A program made the position numbers and the translations under genes. A stretch of DNA of 64,000 nucleotides, taken from NCBI RefSeq assembly GCF_009914755.1, contig NC_060930.1. One strand, given 5' to 3'. The DNA comes from the human T2T-CHM13v2.0 reference genome, Homo sapiens. This document shows, one piece after another, positions 20,733 to 41,769 of this stretch. The number at the start of each line of letters is the position of its first letter. Positions within the stretch are counted from its first letter, which is position 1. The notes beneath the pieces are model-generated. The model saw only the letters and a program-made list of their open reading frames with translations, made no database searches and was not told where the DNA came from.

Positions 20733-20849
20733 TCAAAAAAAGAAAAAGACCAAACTCGATCCATCAAATTGAATGTATGTCAAAATTCTGTCACCATACA
20801 TCAACAAAGAGAGTGGAAGTAGAAGTGTACACTCTTGGTGAATCTGTAC

Positions 20850-21840
20850 ATTTATTATTATTATTAATTAATGGATTATTTCTTACAGTAGTTTTAGGTT
20901 TACAAAAAAATTGAACAGAAAATACAGGGAGTTCCCATTATTCTCCATCTCCCCAACCAGTTTCTCCTCTAATTAATATCTTGCATTAATGTGGTACATT
21001 TGTTACAATTAATGAACCAATATTGATGCACTATTATTAACTAAAGTCTATAGTTTACATTAAGGTTCAGTCTTTGTGCATATAATTCTGTCACTTTTGC
21101 CAAATGCATAATGTCATGTATTCATCATTATTGTATCATACAGAATACTTCCACTACTCTAATAACCTGCCATGTTCTGCCTATTCATTCCTCCTTCCCT
21201 CACTCCTCAGCCCTGGGCAACCACCGTCTAGATCTATAGTTTTGCCTTATCTAGAATATCTTACAGTTGGAATCATACAACATGTAGCCTTTTCAGACTG
21301 GCTTCTTTCCCTTAGCAATATATGTGATTAATGATTCTCTGTATCTTTTCACGGCTTAATAGCTCATTTCTTCTTATCACTGAATAACGTTTCATCACAT
21401 GGATGTACCACGGTTTATTCCTTCACCTATCAGAGAATATCCTGGTTGATTCCAGTTTTTGACAATTATGAATAAAACTGCTATAAACATCCACGTGCAG
21501 GTTTTTGCTGAAAAATTTTCCATTCATCTGGGTAAATATCTAGGAGCACAATGGCTAGATTACATAGTAAGACTATGTTTAACTTTGTAAGAAACTGCCA
21601 ATCTGTCTTGCAAAGTGACTGTACAATTTTGCATTCCTACCAGCAATTTTTACTTCATGTCCTTGCCAACATTTGATATTGTCAGTGTTTCAGATTTTAA
21701 CCACTGTAATAGGTGTGTAGCTGCATCTTGTTTGAATTTGCAGTGCCCTAATGACATTTGATCTTTTCATGTGTCATGTGCTTATTTGCCATCTGCATAT
21801 CTTCTTTGGTGAAGTGTCTGTTCAGCACTTTTGCCTGCTT
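20850..21840 (-). mobile_element. Old L1M fragment (antisense)
   Basis: AT-rich L1 3'/ORF2-like phrases (ATTATGAATAAAACTGCTATAAACATCC, GTAAGAAACTGCCAA, GCTTATTTGCCATCTG). Confidence 0.75.
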
Positions 21841-23495
21841 TTATTTCTTTTTGAGTCAGGATCTATCTATGTTGTCCAGGCTGGTCTCCAACTACTATTC
21901 TCAAGCAATCCTCCCACCTCAGCCTCCTGAGAAGCTGGGATTACAGGTACCTGCCACAATGCCCAGCATGCTCACTTTTTAATAATGTTGTTTGTTTTCT
22001 TTAGAGTGTAAAGTTTTACAGCCCTTTGGAAGGGCAATTTAGCTATACCTATTACAATTTTCAAAAAAAAATTTTAGCGACGGAGTCTTGCTGTGTTGCC
22101 TAGGTTAGTCTCAAACTCCTTGGGCTCAAGCAATCCTTCTGCCTCAACCTCCCAAATTGCTGAGATTACAGGTGTGAGCCACCTCACCCACCCTAAAATT
22201 TAAAATGCATTAAAATTCCCAAAGATCCAATAATCTTACTTCTCAGAACAGCCTGTGCATAAGTACAAGGGCTTTTAAGAACAAACCAAGGCCATGTGTG
22301 GTGGTTCATGCCTGTAATTCCAGCACTTTGGGAGGCCAAGGCAAGTGGACCACTTGAAGTCAGGAGTTCAAGACAAGCCTGGCCAACATGGTGAAGCCCC
22401 ATCTCTACTAAAAATACAAAAAAAAAAAAAAATAGCTGGGCATGGTGGCAGGCACCTGTAACCCCAGCTATACTCCCAGAGGCTGGCTGAGGCATAAGAA
22501 CCACTTGAACCCAGGAAGCAGAGGTTGCAGTGAGCTGAGATCACACCACTGTACTCCAGCCTGGGCGACAGAGCAAGACTCCATCTCAAAAAAAAAAAAA
22601 AAAGAACAAACCAATCTTGTCATCAAATTCCTGTCCACCTAATACCAAAAAGGGTTTCATGATTAGAATATGAAGCCTGTGAGCTCTTGGTGGCAAGTGG
22701 GTCAAAACTCTAATCCAGAATCTCCTTTCTTCCCTTATGTGCATTGATTCCCCTACACTAGACTCACTACCCACACACTCCTCTTCAAGGTCTCCAAATC
22801 ATTATGTAAATCAGAGGAATAGTCTCCACAGGCAGAGGAGGTGTAAGAACTAAGCAACAAGACATGAGTTTTCCCATCCAACAATCACCTTGGAAAACAA
22901 AGCACTTATTCCATTGCTCAGCTCAAGTCTGGACTCCAAATGGGAGTGACTTCAAAAGCCAGGTCCTGAGCCATATGGGGAAACATTCTTGTTATACTAT
23001 AGTCACACAGCATTTTGGGTCAAAAACAATATTACCCAAAGTGATCACTCTTCTAACAGCCAGTGTTGGCTTATAATAGCTTTGGATTATGAAAGGATTT
23101 CAACTCTTTATCATCAAGGACATTGAAAAGAATTGCTGCCACTTTTGAAGTTGTTTCCTTTTGTTTTGCTTTTTCCAAAAGAGGATGTTCAGACAACCAG
23201 AGGACTCATACCTCCTACAAAAAGTAAAATAAAAATTGGAAGACAATTGTCCTGCAGGAAATAGGATGTAGATGACTGTGACGCTATCACAGAGAGCCTC
23301 TTAGAAGCACACGTGCAGACAAGAGAAAATCAGAGGGAAGAAGAGGAAGAAAGATTTAATGTAGAAACCAGAAACAAAAATTTAAAAATAGCTCTACAAG
23401 GGTAACCCGATTAGTCAGGCACCTCTTTCTCCTCAAATGACCTTGAGGTTGTAAATACGACGAGGAGGGCGGTGCTGAGCCCATAGCAAGTCTGT

Positions 23496-23514
23496 GGATG
23501 CCCCCTGGTGGCCC
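23496..23514 (-). promoter_or_regulatory. CTCF core motif
   Basis: The minus strand reads GGGCCACCAGGGGGCATCC, a close match to the CTCF consensus TGGCCACCAGGGGGCGC, in non-repeat sequence. Confidence 0.7.
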
Positions 23515-23853
23515 TAAATAGAATGGCTTCAATGGATGGAAATTTAACGTGCTCGCATCCCCAGCACGTTAAATTACCCAGAAAAGTAAGAGAAAAAGAA
23601 CAGACACATCAGAAATGTCTCTGGCCAAACCTTTCAAGTACGAATCAAGGCAAGATATGGCGATGAACAAGCAGAGAAAAGTGGACTGCAAAGGAAGCAG
23701 TAATTAATCTGTCAGAGAAGGGAGGGCTCCTTCCTGCTTCCGGACCATGTTGGATGTGAGTCTAGATGCGAGACATCTATTATAGAGATAATAGAAGAGG
23801 TTAGCGGAACCAAGGATGGTTCACTTTTCTTCTTTAGAAATACCATTAATGCT

Positions 23854-24931
23854 GATCGTCTTCGCCGCCGCCTGCGTGCTCGCCTTCGCGCCCGGCCCGG
23901 CCTCGCCCCGGTCTTCGCCTCCGCCTCGGCCGCAGAGCTTGCCCCCTCCCCACCCGCAGACAATGTCCGAGTCCAAGAACGGCCCCGAGTATGCTTCGTT
24001 TTTCGCCGTCATGGCAGCCTCGGCCGCCATGGTCTTCAGCGCCCCGCGCGCTGCCTATGGCACGGTCAAGACCGGTGCCGGCATCGCGGCCATGTCTGTC
24101 ATGCGGCCGGAGCTGATCATGAAGTCCATCATCCCGGTGGTCACGGCTGGCATCATCGCCATCTATGGCCTGGTGGTGACAGTCCTCATCGCCAGCTCCC
24201 CGAATGACGACATCAGCCTCTACAGGAGCTGCCTCCAGCTAGCGCCGGCCTGAGCGTGGGCCTGAGCGGCCTGGCAGCCGGCTTTGCCATAGACATCGTG
24301 GGGGACGCCGGTGTGCGAGCCACGGCCCAGCAGCCCCGACTATTCATGGGCATGATCCTGATCCTCATCTTCCCCGAGGTGCTCGGCCTGTACGGTCTCG
24401 TCGTTGCCCTCATCCTCTCCACAGAGTAGCCCCTCTCCGAGCCCACCAGCCACCGAATATGATGTAAAAACCACCCCTCCTCATTCCAGAACGAAGAGCC
24501 TGACACACACGCACGGGACCGCGGCCCCCAGTAGTTGATCTTGTACATGCGCAGCGCAGCGTCCTAGTGCCGGTTGTCTGTTGCCCTGGCCTTGCCCCCA
24601 CCCCACCCCCCACGCCGCCCCGTGCCATGGACATCTGGGTCCACTCATCGCCCCTCCAGGCCCCCGGTGCCCCACCCCCTAGAGTGCTCTGTGTATTCGG
24701 ATGACTTAGAGTTGTCATTTCTCTTCACTGGATGTTTATTTATAAAGATCTGGCCTGTTCCCGCGTCTGCGGAGAGGCCCTGGTCTCCCAGCTGTCTATA
24801 ACCTTAGCTAGAGTGTGGCCTTGTGGGCTCCTGTTGCTGAGACCTCCTGGATGGAGCTGCCCTCGCCACCGGGCCCTTGGCCCTGCACGGAGCTCTGTCC
24901 AATAAAGTTCTCGGATTTGGGGGGAAAAAAA
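23854..24931 (+). pseudogene. ATP6V0CP3: Processed pseudogene of ATP6V0C (V-ATPase proteolipid c subunit)
   Basis: Intronless, with a GC-rich 5'UTR and ATG at 23963 ([17 protein letters not shown]...). A 1-nt deletion near 24241 gives TGA at 24251-24253. The other frame continues to ...[20 protein letters not shown] (TAG 24427-24429). AATAAA at 24901, short A tail, TSD AGAAATACCATTAATGCT (23836-23853) / AGAAATGACCATTAATGCT (24932-24950). The P3 numbering is from recall. Confidence 0.95.
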
Positions 24932-24968
24932 AGAAATGACCATTAATGCTATTATAATAACGAAATTA

Positions 24969-26742
<1,774 letters not shown>

Positions 26743-26776
26743 GCACTCTCCCTCCCACTCAAGAGGTCACCAGTAA

Positions 26777-27133
<357 letters not shown>

Positions 27134-28245
27134 TAAGTGCTTTCCTACAAACAAATTTTTGATGTTTTTGAGATTTACAACAATTGTATGTTACTGTGTA
27201 GATGGTCTCCAGGTATCTGCTTCTTTTTCAGTCAACATGTTTTAAGAGACACACATGTTACATGTAGCTATAGTTCATTGTCATGTATAGAATATACATA
27301 GTATACATTCTTCTGCCAGGAGATATATGGGTGATTTCTAGAGTTAAACTTTCATGCATAGAGCTCTTTCAACATTTGTGGCTGGATGCAGTGGCTCACA
27401 ACTGTAATCGCAGCAATTTAGGAGGCCAAGGCAGGATCACTTGAGCCCAGGAGTTCAAGACCAGCCTAGGCAACATGGTGAAACTTTGCCTCTACAAAAA
27501 ATACAAAAATTAGCCTCGCGTGGTGGTGTGCACCTGTGGTCCCAGCTACTCATGACTGAGGCATGAGGATCGTTTGAGCCTGGGAGATTGAGGCTGCTGT
27601 GAGCAGTGATTGAGCCACTGCACTCAAGCCTGGATGACAGAGTAAGACCTCATCTCAAAACAACAACAACAAAAAACACATTTGTGTGTATCTTTCATTA
27701 TGCAGAAGTTTCTCTAGGGTATAACCCTAAGAAGTTCGAGACCAGCCTGAGCAACACAGTGAGACCCTGTTTCTATAAAAACAAAACAAAAATACAGAAA
27801 TAAAAAATATAAATCTAAAAAAGTTACATTGTAGTAAGAGAACATAACATGTACAATATCAAATCTAGAAAAAAAATCTTTGAGATTTGCTCTGTGACCT
27901 AGTTTGTGGCCAGTTGTCCTGTGGTCAATATTCCACATGTGTTTGCGGGGGATAAAAGTGTGTCTTATGTAATAATTGGGTGCAATGATCTTTTTTTTTT
28001 TTTTTTTTTGTAGACAGTCTCACTCTGTCACCCAGGCTAGAATTCAGTAGCATGCTTGGCTCACTACAACCTCTACTACCTAGGTTCAAGCAATTATCCT
28101 GCCCAGTCTCCCGAGTAGCTGGGATTACAGGTGCCCAACTAATTTTTGTATTTTTATTAGACATGCGGTTTCATCATCTTCGGCAGGCTGGTCTCGAACT
28201 CCTGACCTCAGGTGATCTGCCCACCTCGGTCTCCCAAAGCACTAA

Positions 28246-28697
<452 letters not shown>

Positions 28698-29113
28698 TAG
28701 CCAGGATAGCCTCGATCTCCTGACCTCATGATCCACCCGCCTCGGCCTCCCAAAGTGCTGGGATTACAGGTGTGAGCCACCGTGCCTGGCCTAATTTTTG
28801 TATTTTTAGTAGAGACAGGGTTTCACAGTGTTCGCCAGGCTGGTCTGGAACTCCTGACCTAAAGTGATCCGATACCTCAGCCTGCCAAGGTGCTGAAATT
28901 ACAGTGTGAGCCACCACGCCCAGCTGAGACTATTATTCCATTGTTTTCCAGCTCTCATTGTCATCATTAAGAAGTCAGGTGGTAAGCAGTGACTCACGCC
29001 TGTAATCCCAGCACATTGGGAGGTCCAGGGAGGTGGATCACCTGAGATCAGGAGTTTGAGACCAGCCTGGCCAACATGGTGAAACCCTGTCTCTACTAAA
29101 AATACAAAAATTA

Positions 29114-29248
<135 letters not shown>

Positions 29249-29254
29249 TTAAAA

Positions 29255-29422
29255 GCTTGATGGGCACTACCGCCATCTTGGAGATGGCTGTGGTCACTCC
29301 ACCTGCCAGGAAGTCCTTGGCAAAGGACACGGCAGCATCTGTCATGTTGAAAGGAAAGGGGAGGCAGGCTGCTTCAGGATGGGACTGGGCCGGGAACCAG
29401 CTTTGACTCCAGGGCTGCTGGG
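29255..29422 (-). pseudogene. 5'-terminal fragment of an SLC25A5 (ANT2) retrocopy: 5'UTR plus ~30 codons
   Basis: Minus strand ...GGAGTCAAAGCTGGTTCCCGGCCCAGTCCC...CTTTCAAC ATG(29345) ACAGATGCTGCC translates [30 protein letters not shown] versus ANT2 [30 protein letters not shown]. Confidence 0.9.
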
Positions 29423-29529
29423 CCTTTTTGGGGTTTTTTTGGAAGCTTCATGACAACAGTATTCCTTCCCCCACGGTACAGTGCAGGACCCTCTCTTTGG
29501 AAGGTCTTAAGACCCACAATCAGAAAGGT

Positions 29530-29685
29530 AGGGAGACATTCGAGTGGAAGGTGGGCAGGAGAAGGTCGGAGGCTTGCCCCTGAGGCCCAACACACCCAAC
29601 ATTATAACGAAAGACCAGAACAAGGGCTGTGGGAGTTATGAGCCAGGAACGCGGATGAAAACCAACAAATATCGTAACACCACAG
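29530..29685 (+). mobile_element. ERV LTR 3' fragment (MER21/MER34/MER39-like)
   Basis: AACAAGGGCTGTGGGAGTTATGAGCCAGGAAC...GGATGAAAACC...TAACACCACA terminus. Confidence 0.6.
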
Positions 29686-29887
29686 CGAGGAACACAGACA
29701 TTCAGACCACAGCATACTTTTACACTGAAGATGGGCTCAGTAGACTCCACCCTTTGGAAGCCTCAGATTTTGGCTTCTGTCTGCCTTCTTGTCTCCTCTC
29801 TCCAGTGCCGTTAAAATGAAACTCAAGGTTACAAGAGTTCAAGAGACCTCCCAGCCCCACAATAAAGTCAGTTTTAGAATTAGTTCA

Positions 29888-31477
<1,590 letters not shown>

Positions 31478-31625
31478 TCCACATATTCTTTACTCTCTTT
31501 GCAGCTCCATGATGTCTTTTTACAAGTATTTTGATATATTTTATCTAGCATTTATAGTTGTTTTCAGCGGGATAGCTCTTTAAGGAAGCCAGTACTCTTT
31601 ACTGACATCTACTTTTTTTTTTTGA

Positions 31626-32254
<629 letters not shown>

Positions 32255-32421
32255 TAACTTTCTTCATTTTCTATTCCTCTTCCCAGGGGCATAACTAGGA
32301 AAAAGAAGTCCCAATGTGAAATCTGTGTGGCCCCTATCTTTTCAAAACAAAAAGATCTGGCCAGGCACCATGACTCACGCCTATAATCCCAGCACTTTGG
32401 GGGGCCAGAGCAGGCGGATCA

Positions 32422-32738
<317 letters not shown>

Positions 32739-33080
32739 CTAAACTGGGAGTGAAAGTAGTTAATTGGAGAGATTCAGATAACACCCATGGAGGGGTGGCA
32801 AAGTGGTACAGGAAGGAAAGGCGGCCCACAAGACTGTGCTATTACACCAGCTTCCACCCTGGAGAAGGAAATCCCTGGGGGAAACACATCTCAGAATTAT
32901 CCTGTCTTGGGTGAGGGAGCTGAGCTATTTATTCACTAACTCTGGAGAGTCATTCATCTGAGGGCTGTTCCCAGGATAAGTCCCCAGCAGCAAGGCTTAC
33001 CACAAGAGGAATCAGAACTGTCAGACACTTAATACTATTGTGCTGGGCACAGCGAAAAGTTCAAGCCATGTGGATGGTCA

Positions 33081-33382
<302 letters not shown>

Positions 33383-33516
33383 CTAGGCAACAGAGCAAGA
33401 TCCTATCTCAAAAAAAAAAAAAGAAAGTGCTATTAGGAGAAACTTTCCGATCAAGAAATCACAAAAGCAGCGCTTTTTAAATTTATTTTCATTTTCATTT
33501 ATTTATCTATTTTTTA

Positions 33517-35950
<2,434 letters not shown>

Positions 35951-36922
35951 AATCCTCCTACTTCAGCCCCCTGAGTAGCTGGGACCACAGATATGCACCA
36001 CCATGCCTGGCTAATTTTTTAATTTTGTGTTAGAGATAGGGTCTCATGTTGCCCAGGCTGGTCTCTAACTCCTGGGCTCAAGTGATCCTCCTACCTCAGT
36101 CTCCCAAAGTGCTGGCATTACAGGGGTGAGCTACTGCCCCATCCAGTACTTTTTATTAAGGCCCCTGGGGACATATCCCAGTTTTTTCTTCTTTTTTCTT
36201 TTTTCCCTTGAGACAGAGTTTTGCTCTGTCACCCATGCTGCAGTGCAGTGTCACGATCTCAGCTCACTACAACATCTGCCTCCCAGGTTCACATGATTCT
36301 GCTGCCTCAGCCTCCTGAGTAGCCAGGATTACAGGCATGCACCACGCCCGGCTAATTTTTGTATTTTTAGTAGAGATGGGGTTTCGCCATGTTGGCCAGG
36401 CTGGTCTCGAACTCCTGACCTCAGGTGATCCTCCCACCTCAGCCTCCCAAAATGCTGAGATTACAGGCGTGAGCCACTGCGCCCGGCCCCAGTATCCCAG
36501 TCTTACAGCTGTTATTGGACTGAAGAAGTCAGTTGGTTCTTTAACGTCAGTCACAATTGAACCCAAGTCAAGTCTAGCCCATAGTTTCCAGAGATGTAAT
36601 GTTATAGTTTGGGTTTCCATGGCAGGAAACACATTTCATGCCATGACCATACCAAAATTGAAGATTAAGAGAAACTAAAATCAGCCAGGCGCAGTGGCTC
36701 ATGCCTGTAATCCCAGCACTTTGGGAGACAGAGGTGGGTGGATCACCTGAGGTCAGGAGTTCGAGACCAGCCCGGACAACATGGTGAAACCCCATCTCTA
36801 CTAAAAATACAAAAATTAGCTGGGCGTGGGCCAGCCACGGTGGCTCACGCCTGTAATCCCAGCACTTTGGGAGGCCGAGGCGGGCGGATCATGAGGTCAG
36901 GAGATCGAGACCATCCTGGCTA

Positions 36923-37264
<342 letters not shown>

Positions 37265-37354
37265 CTAGGAGTTCAAGACCAGCCTGGGCAACATGGTGAC
37301 ATCCCAGCTCTCCAAAAAAAAGTAAAAAAATTAGCCAAGTGTGGTGGCTACTTA

Positions 37355-37483
<129 letters not shown>

Positions 37484-38949
37484 CTAAACTGTCAATGCTC
37501 CTTGGGAGAAATTTGTGCATGAACTGGATTTGCTAATGTTTATTAAACTGCAACTTCTATGGAATGTTCTTGGTAATGTCCATAAGCATTCCTCTGCTCA
37601 AGGACCTTAAAAGTCATCCAACTTTCTAATCATCTTTCTTGGAAATTACCATCTCTGATGAGATGTGCGTGAATGGCCCTCCCCGGAGAATTTCAGTAAC
37701 CAAAGCTGGGGAAAAAGCAGTTACTCCTCCCTCCTTCATTTCCCCTCCTCAAAGATTACAGCTAACTTTTATGTAAATCTTTAGTACTTTTTGATTGGCC
37801 AGAAGTTTCCCCTGTTCTTTCCCATAGTGGTCGTTCCTTGGTTTCTCTTTAAGCTTTTTCCTTTTTTTTTTTTTTTTTTTTGTGAGATAGTGTCTTGCTT
37901 TGCCACCCAGGCTGGAGTGCAGTGGCGTGATCTAGGCTTACTGCAATCTCTGCCTCCTGGGTTCAAGTGATTCTCAGGCCTCAGCCTCCCGAGTAGCTGG
38001 GATAATAGGTGCACACCACCATGCCCAGCTAATTTTTCTATTTTTACTAGACACGGGGTTTCACCAAGTTGGCCAGGCTGGTCTCGAACTCCTGACCTCA
38101 AGTGATCTGCCCACCTCAGCCGCCCAAAGTGTTGAGATTACAGGCGTGAGCCACCGCTCCTGGCCTCCTCATTTTTTTTTTTTTTATTGAGACAAGGTCT
38201 CACTCTGTCGCCCAAGCTGGAGTGCAGTGGCACAATCACAGTTCACTGTAGCCTTGACCTCTAGGTTCAAGCAATCATCCCGCCTCAGCCTCCTGAGTAG
38301 CTGGGACCACAGGCGTGTGCCACCATGCCTAGCTAATTTTTGTATTTTTTGTAGAGACAGAGTCTTCCTATGTTACCCAGGCTGGTCTTGAACCCCTAAG
38401 CTCAAGTGATCTTCCCACCAAGGCCTCCCAAAATGCTGAGATTACAGGCATGAACTACCAAGCCTGGCCCATGCCTCATTTTCAAAAGAGACTAAGGAAA
38501 ATCCCAGATTTCCCAGAGGAAGTGACATTTGTCTTGTATGAAATTTTGGCAAGTGCATGGGGACCCAATCTGTGTGGGCACTGCTCGAGAAAAGGCCAGG
38601 AAATACGGCAAAAACTATTTGCACTGAATATTTATTTTTTGAGATGGAGTTTCGCTCTGGCATTCAGGCTGGAGTACAGTGGTACAGTCTCGACTCACCG
38701 TACCCTCCTCCTCCCAGGTTCAAGCGATTATCTTGCCTCAGCCTCCTGAGTAGCTGGGATTACAGGCGCCTGCCACCATGCCCGGCTAATTTTTGTATTT
38801 TTAGTAGAAACGGGATTTCACCATGTTGGCCAGGCTGGTCTCAAACTCCTGACTTCAGGTGATCCACCTGCCTTGGCCTCCCAAGGCAAATCCCAAGGCA
38901 ATCCCGAAGTGCTGAGATTACAGGCATGAGCCACAGCGCTGGCCTGCCC

Positions 38950-39395
38950 TTAGTGTCTTCCATTTCCTCCTCCAGATCCATTCTTCATTTTTCTCCACGC
39001 TGTTCTACATCCTGGGAGCTGACTCATATGGACTGCGGCAGCAGACTTCTTTGCCCTGAAATTTCCAGTTGGGCTCTACCAACGGGAGGCACCAATAAAA
39101 GAGAATGACATTGTTTAAGTCCCATGGCTCTCTCCCTGCCAGGTCACCATGGATTGGCAGCATCCCTCCACTGAGGACTGAAACTCCTGTCAGGTAGCTC
39201 AATAACTGTCTATCTCTCTCTGCATTCAGGTAACATTTTTGTCCCTTCAGCCCTAAGGATGGTAACAGATATTGTACCATCTCTAATTGCTTTTCTTATA
39301 CTCTGCCCACAGCTTTGTAAATAGCTCCTGTATTAAGCTCTTCTCAAAGTATCCATTTTGAGCAAGCCATCTGTTTCCTGCCAGAGCCCTGACAT
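38950..39395 (+). mobile_element. ERVL LTR (LTR33-like)
   Basis: 3' phrase CTTTGTAAATAGCTCC...GCCATCTGTTTCCTGCCAG..CCCTGAC typical of LTR33. Confidence 0.55.
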
Positions 39396-39729
39396 TGTGT
39401 TTGATTAATGGGTATTAGTTCAGACTAGCTGGTGCATGAAATGTGTGTGATGAAACAGTAAAACATCATGTAAGAACAGTAGGCTGAAACAGATGGTGGA
39501 GGGGCTTGTCTTCCAGGCCAGGAAGTCTATCAGATAATAAGAATCTCAGAAGGTTTTAGATCAGGAGTGACATACTTTAAGAAAACTAATTTAGTAGCTG
39601 TATGCAGAATAGTTCAGAAATTGGAGATGGGGAGATGAGTTAGGAGATGATTACCATTACTAGTAGAGGAAGGTAATATTTTGTAACCATCAAACTGGCA
39701 AAGACCCAAAAATTTCTTTTTTTTTTTGA

Positions 39730-40080
<351 letters not shown>

Positions 40081-40359
40081 TAATGGCTCACTGCTACCTC
40101 TTCTTGCCAGGTTCAAAGGATTCTCATGCCTCAGCATCCCGAGTAGCTGGGATTACAAACACGCACCACCACCCAGCACTTGGAAGACCACGGGGGACAG
40201 ATTGCTTGAGCTCAGGAGTTCGAGACCAGCCTGGGCAACATGATGAAGCCCTCTCTACAAAAAATACACAAATTAGCCGGGGGTGATGGGGTGCACCTGT
40301 AGTCCCAGCTACTTGGGAGGCTGAGGTTGGAGGATATCTTGAGCCCAGAAGGTCCTTCA

Positions 40360-40683
<324 letters not shown>

Positions 40684-41198
40684 TCAAAAAAAAAAAAAAA
40701 AAAGAAACACGTAAAGAGTGATGGCTCTCCGAAGGAACTGAATGTCTAGGGACAAAGGAATTACCTATGGTTTTTTGTTTTTGAGACAGTGTCTCACTCT
40801 GCCACACAGGCTGGAGTGCAGTGGCGTGATGTCAGCTCACGACAACCTGTCTCCCAGGTTCAAGCAGTTCTCCTGAGTAGCTGGGACTACAGGTGTGAAC
40901 TATCATGCCCGGCTAATTTTTGTGTTTTTAGTAGAGACGGGGTTTCACCTGGCACCGGGTCTCCAACTCTTGACCTCAAGTGATCTGCCCACCTCAGCCT
41001 CCCAAAGTGCTGGGATTGCAGGCGTGAGCCCCCGGGCTCAGCTCTGGAATTTATTAAATATGTATCTATACCCTGACACTGCTGGTTACTGTCTATAATC
41101 CGAGTGTTTTGGGAGGCTGAGGCAGGAGAATTGCTTGAGGTCAGGAGTTCGAAACCAGCCTGGGCAACATAAGGAGAGCCCATCTCTTTAAAAACAAA

Positions 41199-41256
41199 AC
41201 ACACACACACACACACACCAAACAAACCCATGTATTTACTGCAGACCTACTTTATT
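41199..41256 (-). terminator. TBCC: TBCC polyadenylation signal with GU-rich downstream element
   Basis: AATAAA on the minus strand at 41256-41251, ~510 nt after the stop, followed by a (TG)n tract at ~41218-41199. A proximal ATTAAA lies at 41618-41613. Confidence 0.7.
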
Positions 41257-41360
41257 ATGCACCGTGATGTTTCAAGTATCACAAACCATTACAAAGCAAT
41301 ATAATCACCCTCCTTCCCCCTTACTGCTTCAAACTATTGTGGTAAAAATAAATAAATAAA

Positions 41361-41563
41361 GCCCTGGCGTGGTGGCTCACGCCTGTAATGCCAGCACTTT
41401 GGGAAGCTGAAGCGGGTGGATCACCTGAGGTCAGGAGTTCGAGAGCAGCCCGGACAACATGGCGAAACCCCGTCTCTACTAAAAATACAAGTTCGCGTGG
41501 TGGCGCGCGCCTGTAATCCCAGCGCGCCACCACGCTGGGGGACGGAGTAAGACTCAGTCTCAA
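41361..41563 (+). mobile_element. Internally deleted Alu in the TBCC 3'UTR (antisense to the mRNA)
   Basis: Complete left monomer. The right monomer lacks most of its middle and contains a 14-bp inverted repeat. Confidence 0.85.
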
Positions 41564-41769
41564 AGGCATGACGAAAATAGCAAAAATGCTTTAGTGTTAT
41601 ACCTGTTACGAATTTAATGGAAATTACAAGTAGGAGCCCATTACAATCTCTAGCCTTAAAATGCTGAAAACATACACAGTGTGACAATAAGTAAACTTCG
41701 AGACCCAATAAGGGGGAAAGTCCAACGTGGAAAGTATTTGGTAGGAGTGAAGAACAGAGTGACAACTGC

